This document shows, piece after piece, positions 12,316 through 22,361 of a DNA stretch of 36,585 nt. Every line of letters begins with the position of its first letter. Within the stretch, counting starts at the first letter, position 1. Origin of the DNA: Thelocarpon superellum (lineage: Eukaryota); assembly GCA_026025795.1 (NCBI GenBank), contig JAPEUG010000148.1, positions 1 to 36,585 of the forward strand, given 5' to 3'. The notes beneath the pieces are model-generated. The model was given only the letters and a program-made list of their open reading frames with translations, made no database searches and was not told the origin of the DNA. The translations under genes were made by a program, and so were the position numbers.

Positions 12316-13344
12316 GAGCGCCTCCTCAGCACAACCAGCCCTCGAACGTCCCCCGCGGCGTCCTCCCCCAAGGCAGCATCCTCCCTTGCACTTTCCTCTC
12401 CCACCCGCACCGACATCCTCCAAAACGAGCTCCTAACGCTCCCCAACAAGCAACAGATCGGCTACACGGCGGTCAATCCCCGAAGCACAGCACACCACGT
12501 CTTCTTTGTGCACGGCTTCCCCAGCTCACAGCTCGAAGGGCTCGCGCTGACCCAGCTCGCGCACAAGCGGGGCCTCTGCATCATCTCGCCCGACTGGCCC
12601 GGGATCGGGCTCGCCTCTCCGCTGTTAGGCCGCACGCCGCTCTCCTACCCGTCTTAAATCGCCTCCTTGGCCACCCATCTCGGGCTGGAGAGCTACAGCG
12701 TCGTTGGCGGATCAGGCGGGCGGCCCTATGCGATGGCGTGCGCGAAGGAGTCGCCGGCTCTGCTGCTCTCGCGCCGCTTGAACCGCGTCGCGGTCCTCGC
12801 GGGCGTCGGCCCCATCGCTGATCCGGGCTACGTGGGCTACAAGGACATGCGGTGTGAGACGAGGTGGCTGCTGAAGGGAACGTATAGGTTTCCGGGATTG
12901 GTACGCGCGTGCTTGAATACCTTCGTGGTGCCGCGTGCGCTGCATCCGGACCCGGAGGCGTGGTGGAGACATATGATGGCGCAGCTGGAGTACGCCAAGA
13001 AGAGCGAGAGGGAGCTGCTCGTGAAGGATTCTGAGGCCTTTGCGCTGCTATTGCGCATCACGCGTGAGCATTTTCGGCAGGGCGGAGGGGCGTTTATGGA
13101 CGAGGCGGCACTGGTTATGCGACCGTGGGGGTTTGCGTTGGATGAAGACGCGTTCGGGCGGGAAGGGGATGAATGAGGGATCACATTCTGTTGTAGTGCC
13201 CGGGACCGCAACACTCCTGTGTCCATGGCGCGAGCGATGGTCAGGAGGCTGCCGAATGCCCGGTTGAAGGTGTGGGAGGACGAGTCGCATTTGGATCTGT
13301 TTGATGAGCATGGCGAGGAGGCTTTGACGCATTTGCTGGTGTGA
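12316..13344 (+). pseudogene. Alpha/beta-hydrolase fold pseudogene (5' start uncertain)
   Basis: One frame gives LTLPNKQQIGY..VFFVHGFPSSQLE..IISPDWPGIG..VVGGSGGRPYAMACA..RPWGF..DRNTPVSM..EDESH. It is interrupted by TAA at 12655-12657 and TGA at 13174-13176; terminal TGA at 13342-13344. Confidence 0.85.
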
Positions 13345-13574
13345 CGCGGTGGGCGGACGAGGGCTCTTGTCAACTCTGGGGTACGGTGTTGGGCGGCCTG
13401 CTCTCCACTCCTGTCATGATACCCCCACTTCCACTCCTGCTTGACAAAAAGATTCCACTCCACATACTTCGCTCTTCCAGCAAGCAGCTCACTCGTTGGT
13501 CGAAAGGAGCTCAAAGGGTAGGTACAACCAAGTGGGATTCCCCACCGTTTTCACGATCTCGGTCCATGGAAGGC

Positions 13575-14680
13575 CTAAATGACGCCGGACTTGTCGTAGC
13601 GCCAGCCCATGCTCTGGTGTCTTTCCTTGCGCTGAATCGTACGTCGAGCAAACCAAATGTCATGAGCAAACATCCAGACAACAAATATGGCAAGAAGGAC
13701 AAGCGCAAACATCACCAGAAGAAGAGTGACGACAGAGAACCAACGTGCAACGCTCAAGAAAGCCGACCAGCCATCGCTGCCACTCGACACTGCCGGGACG
13801 GCAAGCCCGACCTGCATGGCGTTGAGGACGACCGAGAAGATGGCAAAGAGGGAGAGCAGCGGCGTGATATAGCCACCGAGGAGCGCGCCCCATTGCGCCT
13901 CGAGGTGGTGGAAGGCAAGCTTCCTCAGGAACAGCCTGGTGTAGAAGTTGAGCCGCGTCAGCCGCAGCTCGCCGTAGCTATATCTGGGGCACACAAGCTC
14001 GTCGTTCATGTCTTCAAAGGAGGCAATGAAGGCCGCGAATCGTTCCCACGTGATGAGGTCCGTGCCGTCGTCCGCTGGGATAAGGCAGTACTCTTCGCGA
14101 CGCGCCAGCCGGAAATCCGACTCGTGCCGGATCAGGAACGAGTACGTTCGTATAAACCCCGCCGCTGCTTTCCAGATCTCTTCATTCTGCCTGCCGACTG
14201 TCGCTCCACGGCCCAGATACTCCCAGAAGGCGCGAGAGAGGAGATAGCGCGGAATAGGCTTGATGTAGATCTGGCTGTACGCCCACACAAGATGTAGTTG
14301 GGGATTCTCGGCGACCACAATCGACCGGCCTCGGACGGCCTGATGATGCAGGGGAGAGATGTGAGAGCTGACGGGGGTGGAAATCTAGCAGGCAAAACGG
14401 CGGCGCCCGACATTAGCTCCTGGTCTGACATGGAAGGGCAGAAGCTTGGATCACATACTAGCCAGAGCTTAGGAGCGAGCTTGTCCAGATCAGGGACCAT
14501 GATGTCGCTCTGGAGAAATCTTGTGAGTTCCTGATCTTCCAGCCTCACCCGGGGCTGGCCGGGCAATGTCGATGTGCCCGAAGCCGTCCGTGATCGTGAG
14601 ACTAGCAAGCGGTCGATGCCGCCGATACTCAACTGCGTATTGAGCTGCGTAGCCTCTGAGAACGGAGGGGCGCTCATCAT
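13575..14680 (-). CDS. DUF6601-like protein with two C-terminal transmembrane helices
   Basis: Exons 14680-14459 and 14384-13575 (GT-AG). Family-type motifs LDKLAPKLWL, ISPLHHQAVRGRSIVVAENPQLHLVW, IYIKPIPRYLLS, GFIRTYSFLIRHESDFRLA, RYSYGELRLTRLN, SVVLNAMQVGLA, then a second hydrophobic helix. No subtilisin catalytic motifs visible. Confidence 0.8.
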
Positions 14681-14942
14681 TGATGGATTGTGGGGAGTCG
14701 CTGCTGTCTTCAAAACGTATCAAGGCCCATACCCACAGCATATTGGGACAATGAGCTACCGAAGACTTGTATCAGTATGTGGTAAAGGTGAGGCTACGCG
14801 CGGCAAGGCTGACATGATGCCAAAAATAGGAAGCACTGCTCGCTGTCATGCTTCAGACATCGCCAGCCAGCCCATCAGCACCTTCAAGCAACGTCCATCG
14901 GACATAGGCTGTTGAGAGTCAAGCCCACTGGCGGTGAACATC

Positions 14943-17900
14943 ATGGTAAAGCCAGTGCCAATCCGTCAGACAGCGCTGCAACCCGCTGACACGATGAGCA
15001 GGCAGTCATCGGAGAAAAGAGGGGCTACGTCACCCAGTTCTATCCGCCGGTCGGTTCCGGCCGGGAGAGCGAGGTCGAGTAAGGTCGAGCCCTAGTACTC
15101 GGAATGTACTTCGTCGAGTAACACACCCAGCATCGTTGCCGTCCACGGGCTGGGCACAGAGTCTCCAACGACGTGGATTGCCTACGATGACTCTCAGAAG
15201 GATGGCATCGAAGGCAGCCCTTCAGCTCCGGACCCGGGCCGACGCTACGTCAACTGGCTCGGCGACGAGAACATGCTCCCAAATAAGGTCCCGACAGCGC
15301 GCATCTTGTCGTTCAACTATGACTCCAGCTGGTACTTCCATGCACCAGCTCAGAGGCTGCTTCCACTTGCGGAGACGCTGTTGACGACGTTGTCGGACTT
15401 CCGGAAGAAGGCAAGTGCTGCGTCTCGAGGTATGACTGGCACTCACCAGCACTTAGAATTGCACGCTTGAACGACCGGTGATCTTCGTTGCCTCGAGCTT
15501 TGGTGGACTTGTCGTCGCCCAGGTACGTCGACGAAGCAGCAAAGTTCCTTCCGTGGCAATTTAGCGAATGCCTGGAAAGGTCGACTGATGGGAGGCTGTT
15601 CAGGCTCTCGAGCGTGCCAGCCAGGTTGAAGAGTTTAGAAGCCTTTTACTTGCCACCGTTGGTGTGGTCTTCTTGGGATGCCCCTTACGGGGCACTCGTC
15701 ATGCCAAAGCTACATCATGGGTGACAATGGTGTCCGGGATTTTGGGCCGCAGGCCTTCAGACACTCTTACGAGAGATCTTGAGGGCAACAATGGGGTTTT
15801 GGAAGACCTGCACCATCGCTTCAGCACCTTGGCCCGAGAGCTGGGTCTGGAGCTTCGATTCTTCTACGAGATGCAGCCTACTGCGATCTTTCCCGCATGG
15901 GGAATCATTTCGAGATACACCGAAGTGCTCGTAAGTCCCCGCATGGAGCATGTTGGTTTGAGAACTCACTGAAGATCGTCAAGCTTGTGGATCAGATCTC
16001 GGCATGCATCGATACCTATCAAAGATGGGGTCTCAATGTCCGACATTGCATGATGAATAAGTTTGCCGATCCGCAAGACGGCAACTATGAGCTTGTCGCT
16101 GGCCGTGTTCTCGATCTCGCACAAAATTTGACCAAGATCATGGCCGCCAGGCGCAAAGGTACGTGTCCATATCCATTTACTTTCAGTTCTGCGCAAGTGC
16201 GCCTCGGACCCGACGCTTGCTCCAGCAACGCGTCGGACTCGCCGGTCCCATGTGCTGTCAGGCGCCGCATTATCGAGCTTATCTGATGTGGCAACATAGA
16301 GGTCGTGTACACCTATTTGCCGCTAGAGAGAAACGAAGACGTCGTCATTCGCGGCTCGCTTTTCAAGCAGCTGAATGTGCACCTTCCTCTGGGTAATCAG
16401 CGACAAGCGGCCGCCCTCTGGGGTTTAGGGGGCTCTGGGTATGTCATGCGTCCAAACCGGCTAAACCAGAGCTGATCAAAGTAAGAAAAACTCAGGTTGC
16501 TCTCGAATTCGCATTCCAGAGGCATGATCAAAGCTCTTGCTCGGTGTTCTGGGTCCACGCAGACAGTGTCGCAAGCTTCACCCGCGACTACGAAGGCATT
16601 GCCAAGAATGTCGGGCTCAGCCTGGAGATCAAGGGAGAAGAACTCTTGGACTCGGTACGACTATGGCTTGAGCAACAGAGCAGCTACCTGCTAGTCCTCG
16701 ACAATGCCGACGTCCTCAACATCTTTCGCGGACACAGTACAGCAGGAAACCCCAACCCAGGACCAATCGAGCTGTCTCGGTTTGTCCCTCAAGGATCTAC
16801 TGGGAGCATCTTATGGACATCTCGAGACTCTCAGATCGTCGGAAACTGGGTGAGCGCGCAGAAGGGGGTTGAAGTCGGGAAGATGGAGCCCGCCGAAGCC
16901 TTGGATCTACTTCGCTGCCTCAGCTGCAGTACCTTGACCGGCGAGGCTTCTTGCGCCGAAATGGACCTCATCGACGAGCTCCACAAGCTTCCGCTCGCCG
17001 TGGCGCAAGCAGCGGCTTCCATCAGAACCACTGGTATCTCCGTAGGGGCTTACGTCAAGAGACTGGGCTCGGAGGAGAAGTGGATCAAGTCCTTGGACAG
17101 AGATTTCGTCGACCGATATCGACGATCAGACGTCCCAAACAGCGTGCTCAGAACCTGGCTGATCTCCATGGACCAGATTGCCGCAGAAAACGCTCTCGCT
17201 AAGAAGATTTTTACTACCATCGTCTTCTTCGACCGACAAGGAATCCCCTTCGAGCTTTTGCGTGCAGCTGCTGGCCTCGAGCTGGACGACGACGACGACG
17301 ACAACGACGAGGACGAAGCTCTCCAGGCCGCTACGCGACTGAAGGAATTCTCATTCCTGAAGGTCATGGCTCAGGAGCTTGGAGACATGCCTCAGTATGA
17401 GCTTCACCCACTAGTCCAGAAAGCCACCCGACTCTCCTTGGACAAATCGACCCGCGCCGAGCATGTCAACGCTGCGGCTCAAATCATGGGGAAAGTCTTC
17501 CCTTCCGGCGAGTACGGTAGCTGGGAAAAATGTCGGCTCTTCGTACCGCACGCAACAACAGCCTTGGCGTGGCTTAAAGGCGTCAAGCAGAAAATACGTC
17601 ACCTTAATCTTACTGTCAACGTTGCTCGTTATTTTTACGAGCAAGGCCGGTCGACAGAGGCAGAGAAGCTCGGGTTCCAGGTGCTGGAGCTGCGCAAGGG
17701 CGTGCTGGGAGAGAGGCACCCTGACACCCTGGACAGTATGGACGACCTGGCTTCGACATACCATCAGCAAGGCCGGTCGAAGGAGGCAGAGGAGCTCCAC
17801 GCCCAGGCATTGGAGCTACGTAAGAGCGTGCTGGGAGAGAGGCACCCCAACACGCTGACCGGTATAGCCAATCTGGCAGCGACATACAGGCAGCAAGGCC

Positions 17901-18865
17901 GATTGAAGGAGGCAGAGGAGCTTGAAGTCCAGGTGCTGGAGCTGCGCAAGGACATACTGGAGGAGAGGCATCCCGACACGCTACGCAGCATGGCCAACCT
18001 GGCAGCGACCTACCATCAGCAAGGTCGGTCGACAGAGGCAGAAGAGCTCCATGTACAGGTGCTGGAGCTCCGCAAGGATATGCTGGAAGAAAAGCACCCA
18101 GAAATGCTGCGCAGCATGGCCAACCTGGCAGCGACCTACCATCAACAAGGTCGGTCGTCAGAGGCAGAGGAGCTCCACGTACAGGTGCTGGAGCTACGCA
18201 AGGACGTGCTGGGACAGGCGCATCCCGACACGCTGACCAGCATGGCTAATCTATCAGCAACATACAGGCAGCAAGGCCGGTCGACAGAGGCAGAGGAGCT
18301 TCTCGTCCAGGTGCTGGAGCTCCGCAAGAATGTGCTGGGAGAGAGGCACCCCGACACACTACGCAGCGTAGCCAACTTGGCAGCAGCATACAGGCAGCAA
18401 GGTCATTTAAAGGAGGCAGAAGAGCTCCACGCCCAGGCATTGGAGCTACGCAAGGACGTGCAGGGAAAGAGGCACCCCAATACGCTACGCAGCATGTCCA
18501 ACCTGGCAGTGACGTACTTGCAGCAAGGCCGGTCAAAGGAGGCAGAGGAGCTCCACGTTCAGGCATTGGAGCTACGCAAGGACGTGCTGGGAGAGAGGCA
18601 CTCCAGCACGCTGCGCAGCATGGCCAACCTGGCAATGACATACTGGCAGCAAGGCCGGTCAAAGGAGGCAGAGGAGCTCCACGTTCAGGCATTGGAGCTA
18701 CGCAAGGACGTGCTGGGAGAGAGGCACCCCAACACGCTAGCCAGCAGGGCCCACCTGGCAGCGACCTACCGGCAGCAAGGTCGGTTGAAGGAGGCGGAAC
18801 AGCTCGAGGCCCAGGAGCTGGAGCTGCGGAAGGAAAGCCGAACTCCTTCTCTGCCCAGACCTTGA
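14943..18865 (+). CDS. Fungal NLR: SesB/DUF676-like alpha/beta-hydrolase + NB-ARC + TPR (kinesin-light-chain-like) repeats
   Basis: Exons 14943-14945 (ATG only), 15002-15078, 15131-15410, 15457-15522, 15604-15930, 15984 (or 15975)-16158, 16300-16438, 16486-18865. Hydrolase motifs DIVAVHGLG, VNWL..ARILSFNYDS, RPVIFVASSFGGLVV, VVFLGCPLRGT, HCMMNKF. NB-ARC motifs GLGGSGKTQVA, LLVLDNAD, ILWTSRD, LPLAVAQ, LHPLVQ. 42-aa TPR units at the C-terminus. Confidence 0.9.
17648..18830 (+). repeat. Tandem 126-bp (42-aa) TPR repeats, 9 full + 1 partial
   Basis: Consensus RSxEAEELHVQVLELRKDVLGERHPDTLRSMANLAATYxQQG. Units start at 17648 + 126n; the partial 10th starts at 18782. Confidence 0.97.
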
Positions 18866-19730
18866 TGCTTCACAAATCTTGTTTGAATTGGCTCATCGTG
18901 CTCGCGCAGTTGTGAAGTCTCGGCTCGTCCATGGTTGAAACAAGTCAGTGTCATATCTATGTCTATTGCGCGGGCCACCAACAGTGTTAGGAGCATTGCA
19001 AGGCTCTAAAGATAACACAACATTAAACCCCAATGGAGTTCGCGGGGCGCATAGTCAAGGCACGTACATCACAACGATCACCTCAGGGATCTCGACGTCC
19101 GTCTGCCTGACATGTACGCACTTGTCGTTGATCTGCTCGTGGGCACGCGCGGCGTGTTTAGCCTGGTCTCATGGCCAGCGGCCTTCAGCATTCGAGCTTG
19201 ACTCGTTGCGGTTGGAAGATCTGCGGCTCCTGAAACGCTGCCAAGCGTGGAGGCTGTCTTGCGCGCACACCGCCCTTCTCTGGGCTTTTTGACGACGACG
19301 GCTCCGCCCTGTGTTTGTGTTCTTGATGCGAGACTTGTATCTCGTTGTGGTGGCGCTTGCATGCTTCGGTCGAGACCAAAGATTTGCGCCTCTGTCTAGT
19401 TAGGTGTCCGTCTAACGCGCAGTAAGTAGCACGGAAGCCGGCGCGATTCGCGGCTGGAAATTGACCTCGCGCGGCTGTACCAGCTGTCCCGCCACCTCTG
19501 CAGCATAACGGATTCATTGGTCTTGTTACACTGCCTGACTTACAAATACGTGATATCTGAGAAGTCTTCGTTCACTCGGAAAATAGAGGCGATTGGAAAG
19601 ATTCACAAAGGCTTTTGACACTGCGTCGCTCCATGACCAGAAAGGCATTGACTTCCTGAGCAGTGAGCACGAGCCAGCCCTGGTATGGAGTCGACACTGG
19701 AGCGGGCCAGTAACGTTCATCCCTCCTGGT

Positions 19731-20693
19731 TTATTTCTTGCTGACGTTGGTGTATCGGAGATATCTAGATGCCGTCAGCTGGATGCTTGTTTTCTTTCAT
19801 CGGCTGGGAAGTTAAAACGTACGGCTTGACCTCGCGAACCTCTCCGAATTTGGCCTTGGCATCGGCGGTGCTGACCGGGGGAGGAACGACGACGTCGTCG
19901 TTCGGAACCCAGCCCACGGGCGTGGTGACGCCGAACTTATCGCCCGTCTGGAGCGCGTCGACCACTCGTAGGATCTCCGACACGTTGCGGCCGACCGACG
20001 CCGGGTAGGAGAGCGTCAGGCGGATTTTCTTGCTCGGGTCGATGACGAAGACGGAGCGGATCGTGAGGGCCATTCCTGCATCGTCGACTTCCGTTACTTT
20101 ACTGGGCATAGAAGACGGGTCACCGGTAGGGAAACGTACCGCCCGCATCCACGTTGGTCACATCCTGTTGATCCACCATGTCATACAACCACGCCACCTT
20201 TCGCTTCGTGTCGGAGATGATGGGGTATCGTAGGCTGGCGCCCGAGATCTCGTCAATGTCTTTGATCCATTTGCTGTTCTTTTCCACCTCGTCTGCGCTC
20301 TGCATTCCGTCAAATGAGCATCACCCCCTGCCATTGTACATATAGCTGAGGTGACTAACCAGACCAATCAGCTTGACCCCTCGAGCTTCAAACTCTGGAT
20401 TCAGCTTCGCAAATGCCCCCAGTTCCGTCGTGCAAATCGGCGTGTTTGCAGCTGTGGCGACATGTTAAAATCCGTCCATTCTTTGCCAAGGTACCTCACC
20501 TACCGGGATGAGAGAAGAGAATGGCCCATTTGCCGTTGATGTATTCGTGAAAGTCGATCTTGCCGTTGCTCGTTTCGGCCTGGAAGTTGGGCGCCACGGA
20601 ACCGAGACGAATGCTGATGACATCAGTAACAGTCACGAGCTCTCCTCCTTCCTTTTCGCCTACTCACGGCTGAGGTCGTTCGGTGGTAGACAT
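19731..20693 (-). CDS. PRX1: 1-Cys peroxiredoxin (Prx6/PRX1 family)
   Basis: Exons 20693-20668, 20613-20504, 20451-20360, 20299-20140, 20075-19823, 19764-19731. Motifs IRLGSVAPNF, WAILFSHPAANTPICTTELG, TIRSVFVIDPSKKIRL, YPASVGRN, KPYLRYT. Confidence 0.95.
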
Positions 20694-21127
20694 GGTGACG
20701 ACAGGTTACGCAGACGCAGGCGCGGAATCAAGATCAGGGTACCAAGGTCAGGGTAAACGTGCAAGGTGCAGACGCAAGTCAAGGCCGGACAAGTCTGAGT
20801 TGCAGGCTCCAAAGCGCAAGCGGGGGGGGGAAGGAAAAAAAGGTCCGACTTGCTGCAAGGTGGGGTATAAGTAGTTGCTATCGGGGCGCCCCAGGAAAGT
20901 GCCCCTAGCAGGGAGCGATAGCAAGCACGCCATGCCACCACCGCGGCGGCCGCGGGGCCCAAACACCGGCTTTGTCAACACCTGCGTTCTGCACCCTGGA
21001 TTCGTCGTCTTCCGCGAGACGCAGAGCACGCAATCGGTTCTAGAGCAGCAGTGCGTTAGCGAGCGTTGCCGGTGGCGGAACTAGACGGCGCCAATGATCC
21101 CCGTGCATCTCGCTGCCTGGACTCTTT

Positions 21128-21152
21128 CTCGCTCGCTCGCTCGCTCGCTCGC
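21128..21152. repeat. (CTCG)n tetranucleotide microsatellite
   Basis: ctcgctcgctcgctcgctcgctcgc lies in the divergent intergenic region between the peroxiredoxin and the HTH gene. Confidence 0.9.
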
Positions 21153-21356
21153 CTTACTCATCATCGGCTTTCAAGAATCGCGCCCGAGTCGTGTCGGAGC
21201 TCCGGTCATGGGTGCGGTCACGAACTACAACTTTTATCACCATGCCTGCCCAATTCCCTAGTCCGTGGTAGTCTCCAGGGCGCCATGACTCCATATCTCG
21301 ACGGATTCTCCTAGATCAATCTGCACCGTCATCCTTGTGTTCATCCTCGTCTCAGC

Positions 21357-22115
21357 ATGAGTGAAGACGCCACGCCCGGGGGAGCCACGGCGGCGGCGAG
21401 CGCCCCCGACGAGACCATGGGCGACGACGCTTCCTTGTCGCCCACTCCACCGCCCGCCGGAGCTCACGTACCCTCTGACGACGCAGCCGCAACGACACCC
21501 ACGACCCCCCGCCGCCGGACCCAATTGACACGAGACCAACGAATCCAAGTGCAGACGCTGCGGCGGGTGGGATGGAAATACAGCGACATCGCCGCGCACC
21601 TGCACATCACTCCACGCCAGGTGCAGATCGCGTCCACGGCCAGCACGCCGACGCCGAAGAAGCGACCAGGGCGGCCGCCGAAGCTCGACGAGGTCCATCG
21701 GCGCCAGTTGATGGACTTTGTGGCCGCGTCACCGGATCATCGCCGCCTTACCTATGCCCAGATGCGGGAGGGGCTGGGCTGGCTGGATCGTGTCTCGGAT
21801 CATGCGATCCGTCGGGCCTTGAAGACGGAAGGGTTCGTCAGGGACGATGTCCCTGTTGGTGGAGGACAGGGCAGACGTCATGGAGCGCTGACGGAGCTGG
21901 AGACGGTGCCGGTCTCGGCCACGCCTACGTCTGCCTCGTCGAATCGCCAGGTGACGCCCGATTCTGCGTTGGAACTGACGGCACCTGCTCTAGCTCCAGC
22001 TCCTGCTCCAGCTCCAGCTCCAGCACAGCCAGCGTCGTCGCCATCATATCTGCCGAAACCGATACCAACCATGACAAAGAGAGACGGCGGACCGACCGAA
22101 GGAGAGCGTGCTTGA
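21357..22115 (+). CDS. Tc1/mariner transposase-like bipartite HTH DNA-binding protein lacking the DDE domain
   Basis: Core about 21510-21845: QLTRDQRIQVQTLRRVGWKYSDIAAHLHITPRQVQ..TPKKRPGRPPKL..RRLTY..VSDHAIRRALKTEGF, i.e. HTH1, GRP linker, HTH2. Flanks are low-complexity (AP repeat about 21993-22024). Uninterrupted 252-aa ORF. Confidence 0.75.
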   Translation: MSEDATPGGATAAASAPDETMGDDASLSPTPPPAGAHVPSDDAAATTPTTPRRRTQLTRDQRIQVQTLRRVGWKYSDIAAHLHITPRQVQIASTASTPTPKKRPGRPPKLDEVHRRQLMDFVAASPDHRRLTYAQMREGLGWLDRVSDHAIRRALKTEGFVRDDVPVGGGQGRRHGALTELETVPVSATPTSASSNRQVTPDSALELTAPALAPAPAPAPAPAQPASSPSYLPKPIPTMTKRDGGPTEGERA

Positions 22116-22361
22116 TCCCACAGAGCGACCTTTGTGCCTCCAGCCACCACCAGGGAAACGGTACCGTCCGTCTCGGACTCCGGTGCCCCATTACCCCAAA
22201 CCACCCGATGCTCATCTATGACATCTTCCATTCAGCATCTCCTGTACGATAATACTACTGTACAAGACTAGATACCCGTTCAATCTGGCCCCATCTCGCC
22301 GTCAATATGGCAGGTCATATGGCTATCGTTCATCTATGTTCACAGCCTGAGAGAATCTTCC

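Noticed and set aside
13341..14297. 318-aa plus-strand ORF
   Set aside because: Antisense shadow of the DUF6601-like gene; GTG start and no recognisable motifs.
17285..17318. (GAC)n acidic tract in the NLR
   Set aside because: Simple coding microsatellite; no further signal.
17648..18830. Repeat array as CRISPR-like, or gene as a true kinesin light chain
   Set aside because: Units are contiguous in-frame 126-bp coding repeats without spacers and follow an NB-ARC domain.
18866..19730. Short ORFs between the NLR and PRX1
   Set aside because: No recognisable domain or consistent spliced model.
22250..22265. ACTGTA as the right end of a Tc1 element around the HTH gene
   Set aside because: No matching TACAGT-starting inverted repeat found upstream of 21357.
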